Positions 26,088-37,948 of a DNA stretch of 64,000 bases are shown in pieces (position 1 is the first letter of the stretch; every line of letters begins with the position of its first letter). Where the stretch lies: positions 13,888,001 to 13,952,000 of the forward strand of contig JBHGNT010000002.1 of assembly GCA_043228905.1 (NCBI GenBank), read 5' to 3'. Made by a program: the position numbers and the translations under genes. This stretch comes from Azolla caroliniana (taxonomy: Eukaryota > Plantae > Polypodiophyta). Under the pieces are notes generated by a model. The model made no database searches, was not told the origin of the DNA, and was given only the letters and a program-made list of their open reading frames with translations.

Positions 26088-29000
26088 CTCTCCGAGTTCT
26101 TGATGGTCCAGCTAAAACATTCTTGTATAGTTTTTAAGAAAATAATTTCATCCTCCACCCCCATATTACCACCTTTATATCCAGCCCACAAACTCAGAAA
26201 CAATTCGCTGAAGAATTCAGTGGCAGGCTTGACACTATTTGCAGAAATGAAGGAAAGAAGAGGTAGAATGCAGGGATATGATACTTTTGCAGATCCATGT
26301 GTCATGTGACGTAAGAATGCCCAAAACCTTGGCAGTACAAACTTATGAACACTTGTTGTGTCCCAAACCTCAGGATATTCTTTACTAACAAGAAGAATCA
26401 TATCCCACAAGGCTATATAGCAGGAAGGATCTTTTTCTGAGAAAGATCCAAGGACAATACCAGCAACAGTTGTCAAGTCATTCTCTCTAAACACAGCAGG
26501 GAGGTTCTGGGCAAAAGCTCGAAGAGTTTGATAAGTGGCACAGCGAATCTGAGAACTCTTTGACTTTGCGTAATCCTGAAAATATTTATGGTTCACATAA
26601 ATCCTTCTTGCAAGATGATCAACCTCTAATAATTTTTCAGCATTCTTTTTCTGTGCCATGGGTTCAGTATCGATTGAGGGAATTGAGCTTTTCTTAGCTA
26701 AAATGACATCAAGAAATGTAGACAATGCCAGGAGAGCAGAAGAAATAACCTGTGAAATCGAAAACAAAAAGCTCAAAATGGTTTAAATACTGCATTCAGC
26801 TTAGCAGAGCGCATAACCATATGTATGTTGAAGTAGAAGTTTCTTAATTGTCAAACGTACCTCATACAGTACACATCCTACGATAGAATAAACTGGAAAC
26901 AGATTCTTCCTATAATAAACTGAGCTTACTTGTTCATAGATCTTAGTTGACTCTTCAATGGGTGTTGATTTATCTGATATGGTTTGTGGTGAAAACTTAA
27001 GCAAGGTGTCAATGTGCATGAGGACTTCATTGGCACAGAACATTAATGCATCCAGTCTTCTTGCTGGCTCCTGGAAAGCAATCTGCAAAACAAATGCAAC
27101 AGTATATCAACACCAACTGTTTACAAGATTAGAAAAAATAAGAACAAACGGTTCAGTTGAACAATTTCCAGTTGGTTCTAATGATCATTGATTAGCATCT
27201 ACTTCCAACTATGACATGAACTAAGTCTCCTATAGACGTGGTTTAGAGCTATCATGAAATTAGAGTCATATTATTATTAGAGAACAATGAAACGAACTCC
27301 TAAAATAAAGCTATATTACATGCAGATTCCTCATAGGGGGGTCTTTTCTAAAAACCTTACTTGGAAAGACTGTTGTGCAGCTGCAGAGACCTCCCTTACT
27401 GGATCAAATTGGGATACCCACCATGCACCCATCACAGAGCGCAAATGAGGAGCAAGCCCCCTACTGTAAAATCAGAAACAGAACTATCATGAACATTCAG
27501 AAAGAATACGATGATACTTATGATATTGGAGGGATTCACGATCAACTACCATTTTAGAAACGATTATCAAAAAGAAATTACAATATAGGAAATCGAAGTT
27601 CTATTATGCATGTAAAATAATCTCAAGCACATTGAGTTAATAAATTTGAAATACAAAAATCACGTCACTGTGATTTCAGAGAAAGAAGCTACAAATCAAG
27701 CTCAAATGTAACTTGAAAAGATGTTTTTATTATTTTTCTTTTTACATTTTTGGAAAAGTATGTTTCAGCTCCTAAGAGTCCATTTAGAATGAGATGCAAG
27801 TTTTGTTCAATTATCCTCATTTGAATAAATTGAATGACTTGAATCAGAATATCTTTTTTTAGATCCACATGTCTTTGGATTCAAGTTAATCCTTCAAAAA
27901 CTTTGATAAAGCAAAAAAAATTAACCATAAGGAAATCATTAGTATAAATCTCAAAGACATAAAACTCTGAAACTTGAATAAGGTTCTTCAAATGTATACC
28001 GGCATAGATTATTGTCATTATCATTATTTCCCACAATATCAAGTACATTCTTTAGGAAAATTCTCTTCTGGGCTAGATTTTGATGCTAAAATATATAATT
28101 AGTAAATTAGAGTGTATATGGGAGTATAAAAATGTAGCTATGTGGAGCATAGATAGTAGTTTAACCTTCACCTCAATATAAATGACTCGAAATGCAAAAT
28201 GTCATGCCAAGGAATGCATTATGTGATTGCTCACAGAACTTTGCCTCCTAGAATAAAGAACTATAGTAAAGGTTACAATACATACCTTTATAAGACCAGA
28301 ATAGCCTGGACTAAGAAATTAAGTGTCTGAGTTTAAGCAAAAAAGATATAACTAGACGCATATAATTGTTAAACTACACTAAGTAGCCCCGAAAGATGCC
28401 ATTAGGGACACTTTTAGTGACATACAAATAATTCAAATAAAGTGCAATCGCTGCTCCAAGCAGTGATGAAGACAGGCAGAGCCCCTTCTCATTCGGTTTT
28501 TTCTTAGACATGTGGATGTTTCGGATTTTGTGATGACCTACGGATGAGCATATCTTCCTAACACCAACCCATTATCACAAAGAACCACATCACCTTCCTC
28601 ATTCCACTGGCCTTTCAGCATTGGATCACCCGTGATGGATACCTTAAGTGGGACACAATTCCAATCTAATTATCTGTTTGGTACCTGTTATTCATGGTTA
28701 CATATATAAATGCTTGTTTTAGGAACCTAGAGTAGGAAACATTCTTACATATTGATGACTTTACATAAGAAGTGCAACCTTTGTTGGATCACATAGGCTA
28801 TTTTGGTGAGCATATTCAAAAAGAAATAAAGAAAACACTCACAGTATAGAGGTAGCCAGAAAGTAGAAAGGAGCACCAATACGTAAGCTGGAAGTGATGA
28901 CTACAATATTGAATAAGATGCAACAAGCAAAGTCGGTGCACTGTATGTACAAGTTTTTGGATGAGCTTAGAAAGGAAGCCCACAACAAGATGTTGGGAAT

Positions 29001-32000
29001 CATGAAATAAGGATATGGGCATCAAATATTCCAACATGATCTCTTCTGTCTTTCATAGATAAGATATCTACTTGCATAGCGATATTACGTGGTTTAGAGG
29101 CATGCTTAACGAGGATAGCCAAACCAATATTACTATATCCTGGGGCCACTGTGTTGATCTCCAATTCTCCAAAGGGACTGCAGAGACTTCTCATTTGGTA
29201 TGGACAAAGATTTTGTCGTAAACCTTGATAAAATGAAAGTGTTGGTGCTTTAAATCACTTGAGCATGGAAAATTGGGAGAGAACAAAAAGTAGCATACAA
29301 AATCCTTCACTAGATATCCTTCACATATCTAGGAGTAACACTGACACAGCCTTGGTTCTCCCTAGGGAAGCTACTTGTGCTTTACTAGCACATGGATATG
29401 GAACCATCAATGCCCTTAAATGATGATGTGCACATATACACACTTACACTTATCACAATCTACATTGTGGTTGTTCAGTACACTTCTGACATCAACCCTT
29501 CACAAATAACAATCACAACTATCTTTAGCCTCATCACTCCTACTAATGCTACAAGTCAATCATGGGATACACAAATGGGCTCCCAACCAGGACATAACAA
29601 AGGGGTTTCAACTGATCAGACAATAGCAATTTGTCGTGCACGTACGCCCCGGCCCCATGGACCATGACCTCAACACCCTTGTCATCGACAGATAGAGGCC
29701 ATTATCTCCCGCCATCGCAGGTGCTTCCCTCACTTCGGAGACCTTTCCATTCTGGATCGATCTATGCTAGAGATCTTTCAAAGTCAAAAGTTACAATATA
29801 TCTAACTTGAAAATCTCACATGTGCCAAAAACCAGATTCCCTCGTTTCTTTTTATCTTATTTACTTTTATATTTACAGAGTCTATTTTGATTTGTTGTTC
29901 TCAAGTACGAGACAATACTTAAGATGTAATTATTGTTGGCCTGTGGAAATGCAAGAATAGTTTCATTCAAGTTGCACTAGTGTAAATGCACTACCTCCAT
30001 TTCAATATAAATAGGATTGTCCACACCCAAACATAAACAAAGTGGAAAAGAATAGAGAGATCCGAACTGATATTATCAAATTGGATAATGAGTATGAGCC
30101 CCACAACATCTCTTGGTAGGAAGATGGCCCACAATAAGACCTTTTTACACTTCACAAATGGACCTAACTTCAATGCACTTATACATAGCATACTTATACA
30201 AAGTTAAACATTTCAACTATGCATTCAAATGCTACAAAAACATGTACTTTATTAATGCCATTTTTGAAAACGACTAGGATGTAGTTGTTTTGACAATTTT
30301 CAAGCATAATAGAACAAAAAACCTCAAAATTATACCGACCATCAATAGTCAATAAAAGTTCATACCCAATTGACATTACAATTGCAGACATTGCATTGTG
30401 TGTACCCTCTCTAACTTGCTGGCTATTATCTTGAACTAGTTTCTTGTATTCAAAAATCTGATAGAAATGACAGAAGTACAACATTAATAGCTAGTGAGAG
30501 AGGAAGGTAGACGAAAAGATATAGAGCAAGATTTGCCATATGATATACAGAATAAAATATGAAATGATGAAGTGGCATGCAAGTAGCTACCCAGTTTGGA
30601 AGCATCTGAGATAGTTCAGTAGCTGATTGTTCCTTAAACATTGCAGTTAGGGCTTTGAGGGCTTTCACCTGTTCATCAAGGAGATATATGAAATGAGGTA
30701 GATCGTGAAACTAACCACATTATCTAGACACATAAAACTCCAAAGAAAGTATAATTAAAGTTCTTACCCTCGTGGTTGAATCCTTTTTAGACAACCTACG
30801 CAGATGTAATGCTGTTTCACCATAGACATCCTGCAATAAATTAAATGGCTATATAATGAGCTTTCAATGTCCATGCTAAACCTTGTCTTCATCAATGTAT
30901 ATTCCAATTAGTGTCAACTACTAATTCAATTACACAAGTATCTTCGTATCTTTAAATATAAACTTCATACCTACAGTCAGATTATTAACATATGAATTCT
31001 TCCTTCCACTTTCAATCTGACTTCTTTCAACAATTTCACATGCCTCTGCAAATTCATGTTTTGGTCAATACATTTTCATCACTTCAGAGATCTTTCTAAG
31101 GCAGGAGTTTCAGTCACGATGTTATAGGGTCAGGCAAAAGGAACATAATTATTTGTTATGTCCTGGTCGGGAGCCCATTTGTGTAGCCCTTGATTGATTT
31201 GTAGCATTAGTAGGAGTAATGGGGCTAAGAAAGTTATTGATGAGATATAGACCATAGATCGACGAAAAAGATAGACCGAGAATATACAAAACAGAAAACA
31301 CCAAAATACACAGTACACACATTTTACGTGGAAACCCTAATCCAGGGGAAAACCACGGGGCAACAGATCTTCCACTATAGACAAAGATACAAAAAGACAA
31401 ACAAATCTCTACACAGACAGAGTTATCACCACATAGGGCTTAGGCAGCAAGTTCACCTAACTATACCTCTCTCTTGTCTCTTCCTTACACTTTGTACATA
31501 CAATCAGCTACTCACACTCAAACATATATTTTTTATAGTTTGCCCTAACATCCTCATATTTATAGGAGTATATTATTATTATAATATCTTAATAATAGCA
31601 GTTAATCGGCCGACTGGTCGACTCGTTTGTCTGACCCACAAGTCGATAGTCTAGTCAATTCGACTGCCGATTTCTTCCTTGACTGTTGGCTACTCTCATA
31701 GGAGGGATAGGAGGGACAAATTCCTAACAAATTCCCCCTTCACTCCTATGGGTAGAGTCGGCTAGTCCTGTCTTCTATCGACAAACTCTGAGTCTGTCCA
31801 TAGGTTGTGATTTCGTAAGCATGTCGGATCCATTTTCATCAATATGGACCTTCACAAGGGTAAACTCTCCCTCATCCACCTTCTCTCATAACCAGTGATA
31901 CCTTCTCCTTGCTTGGTCCAAGAGTGATACACGGCATTCTTGGCTAGATGCATGGCACTCTAACTATCACAATGGAGCAAGAATTCTCCTTGCTTCATTC

Positions 32001-35000
32001 CCAGTTCACTGAGAAAACTCCTCATCCATATCAGCTCCTTACCAGCCTCTACAGTAGCCATATATTCTACCTCTGTGGTCAACAAAGCCACAGACTTCTA
32101 CAGTCTTCACTGCCGCAACACCGCTCCCCCTGCATAGGTCATCACATAACCTGATGTGGATCGGCTTGAGTCAACGTCCCCCGACATGTCTGAATCGGTA
32201 AAACCTTCAAGAATAGGTTTTCCAAAACCATACCCAAGGCACACCCTTGAGGTGACTTTCAAGTACCTAAGTATCCACTTTATTGCTGTCCAGTGTTCTC
32301 GACCCGGATTACTCATATATCGGCTCACCGTTCCGACTGCAAATGCTATGTCTGGTCTCGTACAGACTATAGCATACATTAAATTGTTGATGGCCGAGGC
32401 ATATGATACTCTCCTCATCTTGGCCTTGTCCTTTTCGCTTTTCGGACATTGCCTAGCATTCAACTTGCCATTAGTCGGTAACGCAAACCCGACTGGTTTT
32501 GCTTCCGATATGTTGAATCTTTCCAAGATCTTTGTCACATACTTCTGTTGTGACAACCATAGCACGTTCTTAGTTCGGTCATGAACTATGTGCATCCCCA
32601 ATATTTGCTTGACCGGTCCAAGATCTTTCATGGCAAACGACTTGCCTCGGGCTCTCTTCAAGCTCGCTATCTTCTTGGTGTCTTATCCGACCACTCACAT
32701 GACGTCAACAGATAGCAAGAGAATGAAGAAGTCGCCTTCATCATACCTTTTGACAAACACACAATGATCAACTTGTGTTTTATGGAACCCATGTTCCAGC
32801 ATGAAGAATTAGAGTGGAGCTTGTTTCAGAGCATACAAGCTTTTCCTTAGTCGACACACACAATGTCCTCACCACCTTCTTGTCGAGTAAGTCCTATAGC
32901 CTATAGCCTCCTCTGTCATGCCTTTCGGCTCCGGATCGTTGCGTGAGTCGGGTGGGAACCACTGAGGTTTTGGACTAGGAGAAAGAAGAATATGAGATAA
33001 GGTTAGTAATCAATAGGTAAAAAGAGAGGTAAGTTATGAATCTCGTGAATCCCACGAGTTTAGTATCTTTAATCAATATTTAGATAGTAAGACACAATTT
33101 AGATGACAATTCGTGAATCCCACGAATATATTATATTGGTCGATCCTTACAAAATAATCAACCACCAAATACATCTTTCTCTCTTCCTTATATAGTGATG
33201 GAAGAGGCTAAGCATAGCATCATGTTTTCCCTAAAGTGTTCATGCACGCTAAGTGTGCATGAGTTGCCTTCTCTCAACCATGCTTTCCATTTCCTAAATA
33301 TAGTGTTCATGCACGCCAAGCATGCATGAGTAACTTTTCTTTTGTTTGCTTGTTTCTTCTAGATAAAGTTGTCACCCACTCTAAAAGTGCATGATCTGCC
33401 TTCTTGTAAAGTAGGCGTAAATATAAGTCATATATCACTTATGATAAGTTATTACAATAGTAAAGTTTGGGTTTATTTACATTGAGGTACAGGGCTCGAA
33501 TCCTGCCCTATGCATGTAACAATCTTTTCTTCTATTTACAAATTTGTCTCTTCATCCAGTGAGAGACTCTTACTGGTCTTCTTTATCCGGCTCTTGCCGG
33601 TTCTGCTTGATCCGGTTCTTACCGGGTCTCCTTACCGGATCCTCCTCGCCGGTTCCTCCTTCATCCAATTCTCACCGGTTCTCCTTACCGGGTCCTCCTT
33701 ACCGGTTCCTCCTTCATCCAATTCTCACCGGTTCTCCTAACGGGTCCTCCTTGTCCCATCTAGAGGAACCAAAATGCAATTTTCACGTAGTGTGCGAATT
33801 ACACTATGACATCGCGTACTCTAGGAATATGCATTGTTCCGACTTCCTGTCGAGCTTCGACCTCTGATCCTTTGCTACATGCACATATGCTAAACATCCG
33901 AATACCTTCAAGTGTTGATAGGAGACATCTTTACCCATCCACACCCTTTGCTTCCAAGAACACAATGTCCCGACTCCTCACAACCTTCTTGTCAAGTAAA
34001 TCCATAGCCTATAGCCGAATTCATCCTCCGAGTACCCTAGGAATATGCATGGTTTTGACTTGTTGTCGAGCTTCGACCTTCGATCCTTTGCTACATGCAT
34101 ATATGCCAGACATCCGAACACCTTCAAGTGTTGATAGGAGACATCTTTACCTGTCCACACCCTCTGTGGGACATCACCATTCAAGGGCACTGAGGGAGAC
34201 CTGTTGATCAAATAAACAGTCGTGTACATTGCCTCAGCCCAATTCGATTTCGGCAGCTTTGCATGTGACAACATGCTCCTCACTCTTTCCATGATAGTTC
34301 GATTCATCCTCTCTACAAGCCCATTCAGCTCAAGGGTCTTAGGCACTGCATATTCGAGTCGAATACCTTCGGACTTGCAATACTCTTCGAACTGTACTCT
34401 GTACTCGCCACCATTGTCGGTTCAGACAGAACTTTCGACCGACTCTCTTTCAACTCTGGCCTGGAACTCTTTGAAGAACAACAGTACTTGATCCTTCGAC
34501 TTTACTATGAAAGCCCACAACTTTCGATTGTAGTCGTCAATAAACATTACAAAGTACTATCCGCCACGATGTGATGGAGCATTCACGTAGCACGCGTCTG
34601 TGTGTACCAATTCCAGTGCAATTTCTCTTCTCTTTGGTGGTCTCGAGTGGAACGCAGCTCTATTTTGCTTTCTGACCAGGCAGTCGACACACTTCTCCAA
34701 GTGTATCCCTTTTACTTCCGGATGGAGCTTCTTGTTGGCCAGAATATGTATGCCTTTCTCGCCATGTGACAAAGCCTATTATGCCATATCTCTCCACTTG
34801 AGACGGCTGCCAATTTGCTTCATCCTTGCACAACTTGGCATGCATCACATATAGTGTGCCCTGTTTCTGTGCTCGGGCCACCATGAGATTTCCTTTACAA
34901 AACTTCCACATACCATTTTGAAAACTACCATCGTAGCCTTCATCGTCCAATCTTCTAGTCGATATCAGATTCAGCCTGATATCGGGCACATGTCGAACAT

Positions 35001-37948
35001 CCCTTAGGATCAGTCTACAACCAATCGATGTTGTCACACATACACTTCCGATGCCAACTATCTTGCATGCTCCATTATCTCCAATCTTTACACAGCCATG
35101 GTCACTGGTTGTGTAAGATGAGAAACATTCTCTCGAAGGAGTTAAATGGAACGATGCACCGGAGTCAATCACCCAAGTGCACTCTTCATTTGCGACGTTT
35201 ACATTCACTTGCTCGTAAATAAACAGAAGCTCTTCGTCACTTATAGCCATGGCTGAAGTGCCCTTCTCCTCAGAAATCTTTTTGGGTTCGACATCGTTTG
35301 AAGCACCTTTGTCTTTCTTAAAGTGTCGAAGAATCCTTCTAGAAGTGTCAGGTTTTCCACAGTAAAAGCATGTGAGCTTTCCTCTAGACTTGGACTTGGC
35401 ATGAGACTTTTCTCTCCTTTGTGGGCTTCTTTGCTTGCTTCTTCCTCTGCCGGGATTTTGGGTCACATGTGCCTCCAACTGAGACAGGACACCCTTATCC
35501 TTCCTTCTTGTCTCCTCATTTAGGATACTTGTCTTTTACCACTTGCAGAGACAAGTTTTCTTCTTGACATGAGGTCCTAAGAGACACCACCAAGTACTCC
35601 CAGCTGTCCAACAGGGTACGTAGCAGTAGCAAGGCCTGCATAGCATCATCTAATGGAACTTTGCGGCTGCAAGTTGATTCATTAACCCCATGAAGGTTTT
35701 AATGTGTACCACAATGCTTTCTCAATCTCTGTACTTCAGTCTTACAAGCCTTCTCATCAGAGAAGTTTTGTTGAGGGCATTTTTCCTCTCGTACAACCCT
35801 GACAGTTTATGCCACATTTCGTAGGCATTTGTGTCATTAGCAACATGTTGTAGGACGCTCACATCTACACACTATCTGATGGTGGCCACTGCCTTCCTAT
35901 TTAGAAGTTTCCACTCAGACTCCAATACCCTGCGGGTATTTCACTTCTGTCTATGGGTTCGTACAGATCTTTGACTATTCGAAGATCTTCCATCTTGGTC
36001 TTCCAGTCGGAGTAGTTGTGTGAGACTATCATTCCTGGGAAACTGCTCACATCTCCTTCCATTCTTGCATCTCATGCTCTAATACCAGTTTTATGAGATA
36101 TGGACCGTAGATCGACGAGAAAGATAGACCGAGAATATACAAAACAGAAAACAGCAAAATACACAATACACATGTTTTACGTGGAAACCCTAAACAGGGG
36201 AAAACCACAGGGCAACAGATCTTCCACTGTAGACAGATACAAAAAAACTTACAAATCTCTGCACAGACAGAGTTATCACCACATAGGGCATTGGCAGCAA
36301 GTTCACCTAACTATACCTCTCTCTTGTCTCTTCCTTACACTCTGTACATACAATCAGCTACTTACACTCAGACATATATTTTTTATAGTTTGCCCTAACT
36401 TCCTCATATTTATAGGAGTATATTATTATTATGTAATCTTAATAATAGCAGTTAATCGGCCGACTGATCAACTCGTTTGTCTGACCCACAAGTCGATAGT
36501 CTAGTCGATTCGACTGCTGACTTCTTACTTGACTTCGATTGTCGACTACTCCCATAGGAGGGACAAATTCCTAACAATTATGATTGTTTGCATTGCTTTT
36601 GTCTCAAAAAGAGGCCAAGAGGTTCGTTCGGTTACTACCTGTGAATGTAATGGTGGACTAGGAGGAGTGACGAGAGAGAGAGAGAGAGAGAAAGAGAGAG
36701 AATGACTGAGGTGCAAAGAAAACACAAGAGGAGGAGGATATATACAGGCTTCCGGAGCCAATTAGTAATCTATTTTAAGGTAAGAAGATATATTGTTCTA
36801 TTGGAATATGATTTTAGGGCATTTGAGCCAATTCACACTGACCCAAATATGTCGTAGAAGTTCTCAAAGGCCTTTGTAAATGTCCAACGGAGAATTCTTG
36901 GGCCTTACACACCATCTCAAAGTTGCTCTTACAGAAAATCTTTTTATTTGCCTAACCCAGAAATTCATTCCATAGATTCTTTGAGCCTAATACTTATGAT
37001 GAAAATTCATATTGAAACTGATAATCGATCCCACAACAACAGCATAAGAAAATTACCAAACCTAATATGAATATATTATGAACTCAACTTTGAAGATACT
37101 AGACAAGGTCAACATTTATACTCACAAAACAAGTGTCTATTAAACCTATTCATTATAACCTTACATAAAAACTATGAGAGTTAACACTTACTCCTCGAGT
37201 ATGGTCCCTTTCCTGAGTATCAGAAACCTCAATCCGTGAGCTGCCAATAAAGCCACCAAATCCAATTGACAGTGCATTGGATGGCTTCAACAGATATGCT
37301 GCAGAACTGAACAAGAATAACTCTTTTAGATTCAAAAACCACGTCCATAATCACGAAAAACATGCTGTCAGAATATAAGAGTCAATGAAATCCAGTAGGA
37401 AATCACGAATATGCAAATTTAAAAGCATGTTCAATAAAACAAAAATCTCACATATTTCCCGAACAACCATTTCACTCATGATAATAATGCATAAGAATTA
37501 AGAGATTATGTTGTGGGTGAAATGCTGTATAATAATTCCTTCGATTTCTCAGAGACAATCAAACACACCATCATTTTCCTACAAGTAAAAGCATGGCTGA
37601 TATAGTCTCGTGGACCCTCAATTCATGTCAACAGTAGAGTTATATGGAGCATAAATAAAGTTATATTGCGTGATATGAATGACGATAAGTAAAACATGTG
37701 GTGATGATACCTGACCTCTCTCAGGGGCCCATCAACGTCATTCTCCACTCACTCAGATCAACAATGGAGACAATTATATGTAGCAGAATACATTGGGAGA
37801 TACAAATATCGTTCATCTTAAACCCTAAGATCTCTTTCGGGAATCACATTCTTTCGTGCTAAAGATTGATGCGAAACAAAAACTATACACACCTACTGCT
37901 GGAGGGTCGATCCTTGCTTCTGTTGGGGTCTCCCTTCTGCTTTCCCAT
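9283..37948 (-). CDS. LTN1: E3 ubiquitin-protein ligase listerin (ribosome quality control RING E3), 16 exons, about 1942 aa
   Basis: Exons 37893-37948, 37192-37306, 30768-30830, 30591-30668, 30366-30457, 27361-27463, 26930-27082, 26088-26749, 25390-25888, 24758-25293, 20232-21012, 12924-13584, 11734-12842, 11073-11534, 9773-10003, 9283-9510. All introns are GT-AG and phases join without stops. N-terminus [37 protein letters not shown]; RWD-like region ([16 protein letters not shown]); C-terminal [41 protein letters not shown], as in plant listerins. Confidence 0.95.
9773..10003 (-). CDS. LTN1: LTN1 exon 15 (RWD-like domain)
   Basis: [43 protein letters not shown]|GTAGT. Confidence 0.9.
10012..10101. 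repeat. 45-bp tandem duplication at the 3' end of LTN1 intron 14
   Basis: ttcca(c/g)atgttagaatgcttgaagtgatctttactaaa(t/c)cagtta x2. Confidence 0.85.
11073..11534 (-). CDS. LTN1: LTN1 exon 14
   Basis: [34 protein letters not shown]|GTAAAT. Confidence 0.9.
11734..12842 (-). CDS. LTN1: LTN1 exon 13
   Basis: [35 protein letters not shown]|GTAATG. Confidence 0.87.
12924..13584 (-). CDS. LTN1: LTN1 exon 12
   Basis: [34 protein letters not shown]; the acceptor has a weak pyrimidine tract. Confidence 0.8.
13760..14825. mobile_element. Cluster of LINE/SINE-type 3'-end fragments in both orientations
   Basis: Copies of 'ttgttctcaaagacgag..tggcctcttaa..ttaata..(cttt)n' at about 13900-13995 (-) and 14510-14625 (+); 14725-14825 resembles 29975-30065. 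Confidence 0.55.
14826..19323 (+). mobile_element. Element B: Ty1/copia in LTN1 intron 11, antisense to the host gene
   Basis: 5' LTR 14826-15105 (first 33 bp missing); PBS TGGTATCAGAGC 15108-15119; 3' LTR 19011-19323 (TG..CA); about 5 differences between LTRs. Confidence 0.93.
15197..18902 (+). pseudogene. Element B gag-pol, disrupted, integrase core deleted
   Basis: [14 protein letters not shown]; [10 protein letters not shown]; [12 protein letters not shown]; [12 protein letters not shown]; LYVDDM; CDSDMAGD; [16 protein letters not shown]. Copia domain order. Confidence 0.92.
19330..19760 (-). mobile_element. Non-LTR retrotransposon ORF2 C-terminal remnant
   Basis: [29 protein letters not shown] is a LINE C-terminal zinc-finger-like motif; related decayed copy at about 24190-24340. 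Confidence 0.65.
20232..21012 (-). CDS. LTN1: LTN1 exon 11
   Basis: cttcag|[28 protein letters not shown]|GTAATA. Confidence 0.82.
22245..22740 (-). repeat. Dispersed LINE-3'-end/SINE-like repeat, copy in intron 10
   Basis: Reverse-complement match to 29515-29940; (CTTT)n tail at 22245-22256; partial copies at 31150-31237, 21845-21876, 14085-14150. Confidence 0.8.
23182..24118 (+). mobile_element. Probable decayed solo LTR of the E/F/G/J gypsy group (left end uncertain)
   Basis: TATA (cctataaaa 23557), purine-rich tract, tRNA-like motif 23819-23878, and 3' end ..ctggcgattc..acgaca like the E/G LTR ends; no TSD recovered. Confidence 0.45.
24555..24702. repeat. Diverged 72-bp tandem duplication in intron 10
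   Basis: gtgtatacat..ggccta..ctcta..gaataac..tacatgag at 24563 and 24635. Confidence 0.65.
24758..25293 (-). CDS. LTN1: LTN1 exon 10
   Basis: [25 protein letters not shown], ends phase 2. Confidence 0.85.
25390..25888 (-). CDS. LTN1: LTN1 exon 9
   Basis: [30 protein letters not shown]|GTATGG. Confidence 0.85.
26037..26085. repeat. (GA)n microsatellite abutting the exon 8 donor
   Basis: About 24 uninterrupted units. Confidence 0.95.
26088..26749 (-). CDS. LTN1: LTN1 exon 8
   Basis: [37 protein letters not shown]; donor immediately before a (CT)n tract. Confidence 0.88.
26930..27082 (-). CDS. LTN1: LTN1 exon 7
   Basis: [22 protein letters not shown]|GTAAGC. Confidence 0.88.
27361..27463 (-). 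CDS. LTN1: LTN1 exon 6
   Basis: [34 protein letters not shown]|GTAAGG. Confidence 0.88.
29515..29940 (+). repeat. Dispersed LINE-3'-end/SINE-like repeat, copy in intron 5
   Basis: Inverted copy of 22300-22740; both translate to [26 protein letters not shown]. Confidence 0.8.
30366..30457 (-). CDS. LTN1: LTN1 exon 5
   Basis: [31 protein letters not shown], ends phase 2. Confidence 0.88.
30591..30668 (-). CDS. LTN1: LTN1 exon 4
   Basis: [26 protein letters not shown]|GTAGC. Confidence 0.88.
30768..30830 (-). CDS. LTN1: LTN1 exon 3
   Basis: [21 protein letters not shown] between tgcag| and |GTAAG; too short for the ORF track. Confidence 0.88.
31760..36062 (-). pseudogene. Element C gag-pol, disrupted, RT N-terminus deleted
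   Basis: CFYCGKP; [10 protein letters not shown]; [16 protein letters not shown]; FAMKDLG; FTDSDMSGD; integrase tail joined directly to '[15 protein letters not shown]'. Confidence 0.88.
32914..33811 (-). mobile_element. Solo LTR of the element E family nested in element C
   Basis: Starts tgtcatgcctttcggctccggatcg (cf. 45472, 47378) and ends tttcacgtagtgtg..acactatgaca (cf. 48063-48093); has an extra CCGG-repeat segment at 33522-33775. Confidence 0.85.
37192..37306 (-). CDS. LTN1: LTN1 exon 2
   Basis: ttcag|[23 protein letters not shown]|GTAAGT. Confidence 0.88.
37893..37948 (-). CDS. LTN1: LTN1 exon 1 (start codon)
   Basis: ATG at 37948; [18 protein letters not shown]; donor AG|GTGTG. Confidence 0.88.

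Larger units (their letters stand above)
31238..36576 (-). mobile_element. Element C: Ty1/copia in LTN1 intron 2, same strand as the host gene
   Basis: LTRs 31238-31729 and 36091-36576; TSD gttat/attat; PBS TGGTATTAGAGC 36076-36087; PPT at 31730-31741; inserted into a copy of the dispersed repeat. Confidence 0.92.

Noticed and set aside
32914-33521. Nested LTR ending at the CA at 33521
   Set aside because: Homology to the E LTR terminus resumes and ends at 33811.
36100-36504. Duplicated small ORFs (also 31328..31654, 1156..1416/7765..7953, 40068../48216..)
   Set aside because: They are translations of LTR pairs, not gene paralogues.
9283-37948. LTN1 as fragmented pseudogene or several genes
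   Set aside because: All 16 exons splice in phase into one uninterrupted ORF with an intact RING.
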